From an uncultured archaeon (lineage in GTDB: Archaea; Asgardarchaeota; Hermodarchaeia; Hermodarchaeales; Hermodarchaeaceae), in the NCBI GenBank assembly GCA_964347045.1, contig CAYFXC010000005.1, forward strand, positions 59,227 to 123,226: a DNA stretch of 64,000 bases. The letters are read 5' to 3'. Shown here in pieces: positions 50,712-59,974 of the stretch (positions are counted from its first letter, which is position 1; every line of letters starts with the position of its first letter). The position numbers and the translations under genes were made by a program. The notes beneath the pieces were generated by a model. The model worked only from the letters and a program-made list of their open reading frames with translations. It was not told where the DNA came from and made no database searches.

Positions 50712-52652
50712 ATGGAAGCGATTATTGTGAGAAAAACAGCGCTCTTCTTTGGGATGTTCTTTTCCATTCTTTTGTTCGCTAATATGGTGCCTTTATCTTC
50801 ATCAGAACAGATTTCAAATAATGTCTCATTTCTAACTAGTTTGGACGGGTTCCAGGTATCAAAGATATCCACTCCACAATCCCCCGCACCTCCGCCACTT
50901 GAAACAGTGGCTATTATTGTACAAAACACATTGTATTCTAGTATATCTGGAAATGTGACTCAATATCGGGCAGATCTTAACAACACTGGATACAACACAC
51001 TTCTTGTCACACAACTATTCAATACGCATCAGGAATTACGTGGTAATCTTACCCAATGGTATCACAGCTATACCAATTTTGTTGGAGCTGTCATAATCGG
51101 TCGACTTCCCTTTGCACAATTCTACCATCCAACATCGGGACAATTCACTGCAGAAACTTTCATTGCTGATCTCTATCTCATGGATTTAGATGGAAACTGG
51201 TATGACACAGGAATGGCAGGTCATGCTGTAGGAGTATATGATGTTCATAATGCTTCAGCTGGAGCAGACATTTACCCTGAAATTTTCATAGGACGTATTG
51301 ATCCGCAAAATCTCTCTTGGGATACACCTGCGAATTTCATCAACACATATCTAGATCGGGTTCATCGCTATAGAACCGGTGGAGTTCAACGTCAGAAACG
51401 TGCTCTTGTTTATATTGATGATGACTGGGCCGGCTATTGGGGTTCTGTATGGGATGGTGAGGTAGGACTTGCTTATTCAACTCGAACCTTCATCGATTCC
51501 CCTGCAACCTGGACTAACTCAACAGATTGGGCAAATAATCGACTTATTCAAAATTATCAATGGACTCATCTTGCCGTTCATAGTTCTGCTACAGCCCACT
51601 GGTTTGGTCCAGGTGGATTTGGTGGTGAGGGCATCATCTCTGCTAATCCAACCATACGTCAAGCTCCTCCCTCCTTTAACTTCTACAATTTGTTCGCTTG
51701 CCATGGGAGTCAATGGACAACCACTGACTCGTTGGGGTCAACGTATACTTTCAGTGGAAACTATAGTCTTGCAACCATTGGAAGTACCAAGACTGGCGGT
51801 ATGATGGACAACAACCATTTCTATAACCCGATTAGCGTGAACGATACCATAGGTGAAGCTCTTCAATACTGGTTTGCTAATTCCTTGAATACGAGTAGTA
51901 CAGCAGGATCACAGTTCCTCGAATGGTATTATGGCATGAACATCATCGGCGACCCATTCTTGACAATTAACTATGATAGCACAGCCTTACCTCCCACTAT
52001 TATGTCTAGCACGCACCCTGATCCTTCTGTCTGGTCTACCAATAATCAACCCCAATTCAACTGGACCGTTCCAATCGATGTTAATGGTATTGCCGGGTAC
52101 TATTATATTATTGATCAAAACTCATCAACAATTCCTTCGGCGATTACAGGAACGTACACATTAACAAATGGAACCCAATCCTCAATCCTCTTAGCGGATG
52201 GCACTTATTATCTTCATGTGGTAAGTAGAGATAATGTGGGTAATGTAGGAAAAATCGCTGCCCACTATCAGGTTAATATCGATGTGACTAATCCTGTTGT
52301 CACGATAACTATGCCGTCTACTGGTGCAACAGTCACCACATCAGTTCTCCTCTCATGGTCAGTTGTGGAAAGTGGCTCTGGTTATGATTATGCCCGCATC
52401 CATGTAAATGGTTTATTCGATTCCCAAGTGAATACTCCTTTAACCAACTCTACCCTCATACTTCTCAACACAGGGAGTGTTACAATCAATGTTACTGTAT
52501 TCGACCAATCCGGGCTTAGCGGATCAGACCAAATCACAGTAATTGTCTCATTACCTCCTCTTGGAATCCCCGGATTTCCAATTGAGGCTATTGCAATTGG
52601 AGCTGTACTTGCATTAGGCTTAGGTGTTATCTACCGTCGGAAGAAACGATAG
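50712..52652 (+). CDS. Secreted C25-like peptidase with PGF-CTERM-like anchor
   Basis: DLYLMDLDG, PEIFIGRI, VHS...FAC, IIGDP, Ig-like C-terminus and IPGF-TM-RRKKR. Confidence 0.82.
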   Translation: MEAIIVRKTALFFGMFFSILLFANMVPLSSSEQISNNVSFLTSLDGFQVSKISTPQSPAPPPLETVAIIVQNTLYSSISGNVTQYRADLNNTGYNTLLVTQLFNTHQELRGNLTQWYHSYTNFVGAVIIGRLPFAQFYHPTSGQFTAETFIADLYLMDLDGNWYDTGMAGHAVGVYDVHNASAGADIYPEIFIGRIDPQNLSWDTPANFINTYLDRVHRYRTGGVQRQKRALVYIDDDWAGYWGSVWDGEVGLAYSTRTFIDSPATWTNSTDWANNRLIQNYQWTHLAVHSSATAHWFGPGGFGGEGIISANPTIRQAPPSFNFYNLFACHGSQWTTTDSLGSTYTFSGNYSLATIGSTKTGGMMDNNHFYNPISVNDTIGEALQYWFANSLNTSSTAGSQFLEWYYGMNIIGDPFLTINYDSTALPPTIMSSTHPDPSVWSTNNQPQFNWTVPIDVNGIAGYYYIIDQNSSTIPSAITGTYTLTNGTQSSILLADGTYYLHVVSRDNVGNVGKIAAHYQVNIDVTNPVVTITMPSTGATVTTSVLLSWSVVESGSGYDYARIHVNGLFDSQVNTPLTNSTLILLNTGSVTINVTVFDQSGLSGSDQITVIVSLPPLGIPGFPIEAIAIGAVLALGLGVIYRRKKR

Positions 52653-52888
52653 CGAAAGAAATTACTTATGAAGATTTCAGTTCAAATAATATATGCATTC
52701 TACACCTACGTGAAGGATGAAACGAAATCTCTTGTTAAAGTGCCACAATGCGATATCGAAAGCGTTTTAGGAAAGTAGATCCGGTGGCAGTAAAGCGCGA
52801 TCTTTGCTCAAAAGTATTTATACAAAATTAGCTTTTAATGAGAAGCATTGTTCACCCGAACTTCCGGTAGAAGGTCAAAAAACCAGGA

Positions 52889-53475
52889 ATGTTAGAATTG
52901 GGATCCGACGTTGAAGTTGTTAAAAGTGTTTGTCGTAGTTGCCATGGTGGTTGCGACGTACGAATCCATGTCAAGGATGGAAAGGTCGTTAGAGTTGAAG
53001 GCGATCCTAAAAGCCCGATAAGCTATGAACCCTCTGTGCTAAAGGCTTAGCATCAATGCAGCTTGTCGAAAGCTCAAAGCGTTTGCTTCACCCTCTCAAG
53101 AGAATTGGTGAAAGAGGAGACGGGAGGTTTCAACAGTTTGAGTGGAATGAAGCATTAGATATCGTAGCTAATAAGCTTAAAGAAATTAAGCAAAAGGATG
53201 GTGCAGAATCAGTAGTTTTTGCCCATGGTACCGAATCGGCGTACCTCCACTTCGTGCATAGGCTAGTCAATTTATTCGGAGCCCCCAATGTAACCTCACC
53301 CGGCTACGTATGCTATATTCCTCGTGTAGGCTCATCCATCATCACATGTGGGGGTTTACCCATCTGCGATTATGATAATAACCCAAGCTGTGTAATGGTT
53401 TGGGGTTGTAATCCTGTTCTCACCAACCCGTATGATAATTCAGCCAAAGAGGGGGCTTTTCGAGCATCACCATAA
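52889..53475 (+). pseudogene. Molybdopterin oxidoreductase N-terminal fragment, frameshifted and truncated
   Basis: VCRSCHGGC...VEGDP, then a frameshift near 53028 to LCAKG...RLLHPLKR.GERG...WGCNP, ending prematurely. Confidence 0.85.
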
Positions 53476-53631
53476 CAGCACTCTAGTGTTACAGGATTGG
53501 AACCACTAAGATTCACACAAATTTATGAAACTAAAAGGTTAATACACGATCCCTTAATTCATTTCCAAATTCTATTATGACTTTATGCATATCTCATAAA
53601 AGTTATTTAATTCCTTAGATAGACTTCTACC

Positions 53632-55554
53632 ATGAATCAAAAAAAAGAAAGGAGCATTACCGTCATATTTGAGCCTGAGGGACGAAAGGTAAGAACTGTA
53701 ATCGGAGCAAGCGTATTTAACGTGGCCGGTAATGTGGGTGTCGACATAAGATCTGAATGTGGAGGAAAGGGAATCTGCGGAAAATGCAGAGTTATTATCC
53801 AAGATATGAAAGCCGTGAACAAGGTAACGGGGGCTGAAATGAACCATTTATCCCCGTCAGAAATTGATTCAGGCTATAGATTAGCTTGTCGTACTGTATT
53901 AAAAGAAAACATCACCATAATGATTCCCCAAGAAAGCCGAATTGGTGAACGTAAAATCCAAGTCACAGGGTTAGAAAGGCTTGTACCGGTTTCACCTTTT
54001 GTTGCAAAATTTTATCTAGCCTTAGCGAAACCGACACTGGATGATGCCAGATCAGACCAAGAAAGGATCCTTGATTTTTTAAAAGATAAGTACGGTCTCA
54101 AGCAATTAGAAATCAAGTCTGGAATTGTAAAGAACATGCCCACTATTATTCGCCAGGCCGATTGGGCCATCACCGTCACGGTATGGAATAGTCAGAAGAT
54201 TATTGCAATTGAACAGAGTGACACGTCCAAAAAAATTCTAGGATTAGCAATTGACATCGGTACATCGAAAATTGTCGGATGTGTTGTTGATTTGAAGAAT
54301 GGTACAACCATTGGTGTGGGTTCTATTGAAAACCCCCAGATAATCCATGGTGAGGACATCATATCTAGGATTACCTTTGCTAGAAATAGTGAAGAAAAAC
54401 TAGAAACTCTACAGACACTGGCATTCAAAGGAATAAATGACGTAATAAATGAGGCATGCGCCCAAGCGGATGTTGATTCTCAAAACATCTACGAAGCAAC
54501 AATCGTGGGCAACACAGCAATGCACCACCTATTCTTAGGCGTTCAACCTAAATTCCTAGCCCTCTCACCCTTTATACCGTCAATTAGTAAATCAATAGAT
54601 CTTTCAGCCAGCGAAGTTAACCTCAAAATACATCCAATGGCTAATGTGCATGTTTTACCGATTATCGCAGGTTTCGTTGGTGCAGACGCTGTTGCAAATG
54701 TCCTATCCACGGGGATTTACGAATCGAATAAAGTTTTCTTACTTCTGGACATCGGAACAAACACAGAGATTGTTCTCGGCAACTCTGAGGACCTCGTTTC
54801 TTGCTCGTGTGCTTCAGGGCCTGCTTTTGAAGGCGTCCATATCAAACATGGGATGAAAGCTGTAACAGGTGCAATCGAAAGAGTGCACATCCACCCAGAT
54901 TTAGATTATAACGTTGAGTTTGAGACAATAGGCAATGTAAAACCACACGGATTATGCGGGTCAGCTATGGTTGACGTTGTAGCTGAATTGGCTAAACATG
55001 GGATTATAAATCAGCGAGGACGATATGACCTAAAAGTGAACACACCTCGATTGAAAAACGTTGACAATAATGTCGAATTTATTCTCGTTTGGAAAAACGA
55101 AAGCGCCACTGGAAAAGAAATAACGGTTACACAAAAAGACATTAATGAAATTCAACTGGCAAAAGCGGCAATTTACACAGGATGCTGGATCTTGATGAAG
55201 GAGAAGCACCTGAAGAGTGAAGATATTGATCAGGTCCTTCTAGCAGGTGCCTTTGGGAGTTACATAAATCCCGAAAGCGCGAGAATGATAGGGTTGGTGC
55301 CCGAAGTCCCGACAGAGAAAATTAATTTTGTGGGTAACACTGCGCTAAGTGGTGCTAAAATGACATTAATTTCACAAGAAGCAAGAAATATTGCCGAGAA
55401 GTTATCGAACAAAATCCGGTATCTAGAACTCACAAGAGATCCCGATTTTAATTCCGAGTTCGCTAAAGCCATGTTTATTCCGCATAAAGATTCAAACCGA
55501 TTTCCATTGGCTAGGAAAGATTTCAGGAGATTAGGAAAGGATGTTCAAATTTGA
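53632..55554 (+). CDS. ASKHA-domain corrinoid reductive activator (RACo/AcsV-like) with N-terminal 2Fe-2S ferredoxin
   Basis: CGGKGICGKC...RLAC, DIGTS, DIGTN.E, GPAFEG and LAGAFG. Confidence 0.93.
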   Translation: MNQKKERSITVIFEPEGRKVRTVIGASVFNVAGNVGVDIRSECGGKGICGKCRVIIQDMKAVNKVTGAEMNHLSPSEIDSGYRLACRTVLKENITIMIPQESRIGERKIQVTGLERLVPVSPFVAKFYLALAKPTLDDARSDQERILDFLKDKYGLKQLEIKSGIVKNMPTIIRQADWAITVTVWNSQKIIAIEQSDTSKKILGLAIDIGTSKIVGCVVDLKNGTTIGVGSIENPQIIHGEDIISRITFARNSEEKLETLQTLAFKGINDVINEACAQADVDSQNIYEATIVGNTAMHHLFLGVQPKFLALSPFIPSISKSIDLSASEVNLKIHPMANVHVLPIIAGFVGADAVANVLSTGIYESNKVFLLLDIGTNTEIVLGNSEDLVSCSCASGPAFEGVHIKHGMKAVTGAIERVHIHPDLDYNVEFETIGNVKPHGLCGSAMVDVVAELAKHGIINQRGRYDLKVNTPRLKNVDNNVEFILVWKNESATGKEITVTQKDINEIQLAKAAIYTGCWILMKEKHLKSEDIDQVLLAGAFGSYINPESARMIGLVPEVPTEKINFVGNTALSGAKMTLISQEARNIAEKLSNKIRYLELTRDPDFNSEFAKAMFIPHKDSNRFPLARKDFRRLGKDVQI

Positions 55555-55897
55555 AAAGGAACAAAAGGTCTTCGATATCGCCGGAGTAAAAGTAGGTGGA
55601 CAACCAGGAGAGTATCCTACCGTTTTGATAGGCAGCATTTTCTATGATAGGCATAAAATCGTCACAGACACAATGAGAGGTAAATTCAATAAGGCAAAAG
55701 CTGAAACTTTACTTATGAAGCAAGAAGAAATGTCTGAAATGACAGGAAACTCGGTGATTGTCGACGTTGTAGGTCCATCAGCCGAGGCCCTTGAACGGTA
55801 TGTTGATTTTGTGTCTGAAAAGACTAGATCCCCATTTCTTGTCGATGGTCCATCAGCTGATGTGAGACTTCCGGTAATGGCGGTGGTTATATCATGA
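55541..55897 (+). pseudogene. mtrH: Truncated MtrH-like pterin methyltransferase (first ~110 aa)
   Basis: MFKFEKEQKVFDIAGVKVGGQPGEYPTVLIGSIFY, ending abruptly after PFLVDG..ADVR. Confidence 0.85.
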
Positions 55898-55983
55898 CTA
55901 ATGGGGCATTCTTTGATCGAGTAAAACCAGAAAATCTAAAGGCCATGGTTGGCGTCACCAAAGAATACGGCGTATACAAGTAG
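55873..55983 (+). pseudogene. C-terminal remnant of a URO-D/MtaA-family gene
   Basis: GNGGGYIMTNGAFFDRVKPENLKAMVGVTKEYGVYK*, similar to the end of the 48391-49431 protein. Confidence 0.75.
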
Positions 55984-56147
55984 ATACCTTACGGGCTGAT
56001 TTATAACATAATCGCACTGGAATGGTAGGGCATCATACAACCATCATTATAATTGACCCCATTACGCCATTGATTACTAGTCTAGCATAGTTTGGCGTTT
56101 CATATCCTAAGCAAAGTATGGGAGCAATATCGTTGTTTCAGTACATT

Positions 56148-56921
56148 CTACTTTAAACGATTGTTTAGAATAGTTTCACATTTCTTGAATAGCTGGTCTA
56201 TGTTCTGAGAAAATAGGTGGCTGGGATTTGTTTGTACGAGAATTTGGCGGCTCCCTAGTTCAATGAGTCGTGTGAACAATGGTACCACTGAAGCAACTTC
56301 AAAGCCGTACTCTTGTTCGATATCTTTTTTCACCTTGTCAAAGTCAAAAATCCCTGGACATTTATTACACACAATGTATGTGGAAGGTACTTCAAGTTTT
56401 TTAGCAAGGGCCAGGGTGATTGCCGTTCCAAGAAAGTCTTGTTGGTCCAAACGCATAATTACAAACAGGAGATCCGTTGTTGCCATTGAGAGTAAAGTTT
56501 CTTGATCCAAACCAGGGTGAGTGTCAATGAAAAGGTAATCGAGCTGTTTAGCTTGCATAATACGCTTAAATCCCCGGCGGAGATCCGCAACCTCATACCC
56601 CTCTCGAATAATTGTAGAAATATCTTCAGCATTCAAACTGGCTGGAATAACATGCAAACTTCCTGGTCCTAACTTCATGGCTTTTGAATGGTTTATAGTG
56701 GCTTTCTCGATGGTACACTTCTTTCGCAGGTAATCGTTGAGCGTGTAATTGAATCGTTTTCCTGCGAGCCCAAAGAGGACATGCAGTCCTGGGCTTTGGA
56801 TGTCTGTGTCAATAACCCCCACTTGTCGTCCTTTCATAGCTGCAAAGGTGGCAAGATTTGCAGTAAGGTTGCTTTTACCTGTGCCCCCTCGGAAGCTGTG
56901 AACAGTAATGATTTTACCCAT
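56148..56921 (-). CDS. MinD/ParA family ATPase
   Basis: SFRGGTGKS deviant Walker A, IDTD, IDTHPG and VCNK. Confidence 0.9.
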   Translation of the reverse strand: MGKIITVHSFRGGTGKSNLTANLATFAAMKGRQVGVIDTDIQSPGLHVLFGLAGKRFNYTLNDYLRKKCTIEKATINHSKAMKLGPGSLHVIPASLNAEDISTIIREGYEVADLRRGFKRIMQAKQLDYLFIDTHPGLDQETLLSMATTDLLFVIMRLDQQDFLGTAITLALAKKLEVPSTYIVCNKCPGIFDFDKVKKDIEQEYGFEVASVVPLFTRLIELGSRQILVQTNPSHLFSQNIDQLFKKCETILNNRLK

Positions 56922-57019
56922 AAATTTTCCACCTAGAAATTTACCTTCGATCTTTCTCTAAGATTTGGAGTTTATGCTCATTGTTTCGAGGTAGAATTGT
57001 GTGCTATTAAAGCATTGGT

Positions 57020-58288
57020 TTAAGTCAGCCACTCCACATTTTCTCCTAGTTTCCGCAAGACTACGGTGAGCTTCTCTTCGTCGACACCTATGCGCTGTGC
57101 GATGTCGCCTATCGTATTGTTCCCGTCGCAGTAGGATTTCGCGTCTTCAAGAATCTTATATTCGTCACGAGGCAAGCCCACTGTTTCCAAATAAGCTAGA
57201 AATCGACGGTCGCTAGCGACTAACTTCGGATAGAATTGCACACGCCGAATATACCCTCGGGCGGAGAGGTAACTGAGAATCTCAGAGAGCTGACGCCCAT
57301 GTACGCCTGTTCGGGTTCTAATCTCCTCGACATTAGAAACACCGTCGATGCCTTGAAAGACATCACGTCCCGCATTCCCAAATAAGTTATCAAATTCTTT
57401 AGCTTGCCCTGTACTCTCAGCAAATAGCTTGCCTTCCATCATGGGGTTAGAGGCAAAGACATCAAACTCGGAGAATGTTTCTACGCCAATAGTCTTGGGT
57501 TGAACCTTCACCATACTCGAATAGTCGACATTACTCAAACCATAGACTAAAGGAGATATGATTTCAGCACAACGTCCCACATTCATATCTTCACGAATTA
57601 TGGCAAGAAGAGCCAAGTCTGGCTTTACTTGGTTCACAAAAAGTTTGGTACCTTCTTCCAAAATGGTTTGAGCCACTGCAAAATAGCTTGGAAGCTCCAT
57701 ATTTCGGGATTGGCTAATTTGACGTGTACCAATCTCTAATTCGTGTTGCTGGAGTTTCGTTGATATGACAAAACCATCTTTGGTCAAAAGTGCTGTTCGT
57801 AAAATTCCTGGTTTTCCCTCAATGATGTTGAGGAGCTCTTCGACTTTCTGAAAAATTTCTGGAGGAAGGATTGCTGAGGGATATCTCTGTTGAATCTCAG
57901 GAATTTTATCATATTTTCCAAGAATTTCCATGACATATTCACGAAAACCCACAAACAAATGAGATGAGATTACTGCTTGTTTCAATATCTTCCCATATTG
58001 TCGTTCGAAGGTTTGTGCAATTTCTTTGATAATCACCCGATAAACGTTCTCATCATCTCCTTGTCCAATTACGATGATGAATAGCACATCTTCTCTGCTT
58101 TCATAAACAAATTTATTTTCTGCGAAGGTAACAACTTGAATCTGACCTTCACCAATTTCTTCAGCAAATCCTGCTTGGGCTGAAAGAAATCCAGCAACAA
58201 GTGCATCGAGTTTCGGTGCACCATCGGGGGCAAAATTAAACAAAGGCATGCCTCCTTTTTTAAGAACAATGATTTCTTTTACCGGCAA
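57020..58288 (-). CDS. Longin + roadblock-like + tandem winged-helix protein
   Basis: IIVL..GG.PLF and LVAGFLSA...FA.E (longin), ALLTKDG.VI (roadblock), IDG...V.EI and CDG...I.DI (two wHTH). Confidence 0.75.
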   Translation of the reverse strand: MPVKEIIVLKKGGMPLFNFAPDGAPKLDALVAGFLSAQAGFAEEIGEGQIQVVTFAENKFVYESREDVLFIIVIGQGDDENVYRVIIKEIAQTFERQYGKILKQAVISSHLFVGFREYVMEILGKYDKIPEIQQRYPSAILPPEIFQKVEELLNIIEGKPGILRTALLTKDGFVISTKLQQHELEIGTRQISQSRNMELPSYFAVAQTILEEGTKLFVNQVKPDLALLAIIREDMNVGRCAEIISPLVYGLSNVDYSSMVKVQPKTIGVETFSEFDVFASNPMMEGKLFAESTGQAKEFDNLFGNAGRDVFQGIDGVSNVEEIRTRTGVHGRQLSEILSYLSARGYIRRVQFYPKLVASDRRFLAYLETVGLPRDEYKILEDAKSYCDGNNTIGDIAQRIGVDEEKLTVVLRKLGENVEWLT

Positions 58289-58439
58289 ATGGTGTCACCA
58301 AATTCTGACCTTTACTGATACCACGCATAGATTAACCTTTGTATTGAAAAAACCACATCCAAGCCAAGATTGAAACGCTTATAATCTTTTCTTTCTAATG
58401 TTCAGGCGAGATAGTGTGGAATAAGCGGAGATTAACTTA

Positions 58440-59903
58440 ATGAAAATAGATAGAAATTGGGTTACAGCTGCAATCCTTACACTTCCGTGTAATTGGGTGA
58501 TCGCGTTTTTCTTTTTTATGCGTCCATATATCCTTTCGAATCCAATATTCATTTTTCTTTTAACAATTGGATTACTGATTGGGCTTTCTGTAGGTGGTCT
58601 AGTTGCTGACAAACTACGTGGACGAAATCTTATCTTTGGTCTCGTTGAAACAATGATTCTGGTAATCGGTATCATTCAATGGTCCCTTCCCTCAGATATT
58701 TGGTTAACATCCTTTGGTCTGCTTCTTTTTTGTCTTATTCTATTTCTTTTTGGTGCTGCCCTCGCACTTTTGACTGTATTTCTTAATCAATTAGTTTCGA
58801 GTATTCATCGTGGACGCCTGGTGGGTATTCTTACAGCTTTGTCGCTAGCTTTCGTGGGGCTTTTTTCCTTTGTCTGGAGTTTTCCCACTCCTTCATCTTT
58901 TGCCCCTGCTATTACAGCTGGTATACTTCTACTATTACTTGTAATCACCTTTATTATACAAACCTGGAAAGGAGAACTTCAAACGTATATGGTGCCAGGG
59001 TCTATCCGTCCATATGCTATTTGGTGGATAATCTATCTTACTGCTTTTGGATTGTATGTCTGGGCTACTCCCTTAGAGCGTCGCTTTTTGTTACCCATTC
59101 TAAATTTATCTGGACCAATTACTATACTCATACTATTAGGACTTGGGGGTGCCATTTTCGTCCTTACGTTCCTACCCGATAAACTTGGGCGAAAACTCGG
59201 CTTTAATATTGGAACTCTTCTTCTCGGATTACTGTGTATTTTTGGCCCAGCACAATTCACTCCCATTATTGGTTTACCTGTTTCAATCGTTTTGTCAATC
59301 GTGGAAGCTTTTGTAATTGCATTTATTTTCGGAATCGGAGTTTGGCTTGTTTGGGCTGAAGTTGGGTCCGTTGGATTGAAGGGTCGTCGTGTAGCGTTTG
59401 GTTGGGGGATGGTGGCACTTCTTGGAGCACTGCTCTGGGCTATTATTATTACGCCATCCGTTTCTCTTATACCACTTTTAGTATATCCGATTGCTGCTTC
59501 ACTGGTTTTGATAAGCATTTTTCCTCTCACTAATGCTCGTGAAGTTGTCTGGAATGAAAGAATCGTTGAAGATATTGATGTTAGCGTCGACAGTCGACAA
59601 GTGAGTCGAGCTCTTCGAGACCTTGAGGTTGATACTTCGCTTCGAAGCATTGAAGAACAAATTGAAGCTGAAATCGCACAACTTACAAAAATTAAGGGTC
59701 TCACAAAAAAGCAAGCTAAAGAATTACGCGATGCAGGTTATGAAACCCCTGAATTAGTGGCTCGTGCCAACAGGGAAAGTCTCGCTCAAATGTTGTCAAT
59801 CTCGCTTGAGAACGCGGAGCAAATTATCAAAAATGCTAAGACAGTATCACTCCAAACAATGAGACCACGGGCGAAATCCTCAAGAAAGAGAAAAACTAAG
59901 TAA
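58440..59903 (+). CDS. MFS-like 12-TM protein fused to C-terminal helix-hairpin-helix domain
   Basis: GGLVADKLRGR and PDKLGRK motif-A-like loops. LTKIKGL...A..L..AGY.T HhH domain. Confidence 0.75.
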   Translation: MKIDRNWVTAAILTLPCNWVIAFFFFMRPYILSNPIFIFLLTIGLLIGLSVGGLVADKLRGRNLIFGLVETMILVIGIIQWSLPSDIWLTSFGLLLFCLILFLFGAALALLTVFLNQLVSSIHRGRLVGILTALSLAFVGLFSFVWSFPTPSSFAPAITAGILLLLLVITFIIQTWKGELQTYMVPGSIRPYAIWWIIYLTAFGLYVWATPLERRFLLPILNLSGPITILILLGLGGAIFVLTFLPDKLGRKLGFNIGTLLLGLLCIFGPAQFTPIIGLPVSIVLSIVEAFVIAFIFGIGVWLVWAEVGSVGLKGRRVAFGWGMVALLGALLWAIIITPSVSLIPLLVYPIAASLVLISIFPLTNAREVVWNERIVEDIDVSVDSRQVSRALRDLEVDTSLRSIEEQIEAEIAQLTKIKGLTKKQAKELRDAGYETPELVARANRESLAQMLSISLENAEQIIKNAKTVSLQTMRPRAKSSRKRKTK

Positions 59904-59974
59904 TAGAACTCTAGATGATGTAAAATCAGAAGCATCCAAACGCAATTCGTTATGTTGGGAGACTCCGAGAGTTC

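Noticed and set aside
52860-55876. ACTTCCGGTA repeats near 52860 and 55867 as island boundaries
   Set aside because: Only 10 bp, and it also occurs inside the cysteine synthase gene near 47385, so chance is plausible.
59033-59704. Long antisense or alternate-frame ORFs (223 aa here, also 3332-3904, 34393-34869, 46941-47384)
   Set aside because: They overlap well-supported genes, lack motifs, and are typical shadow ORFs.
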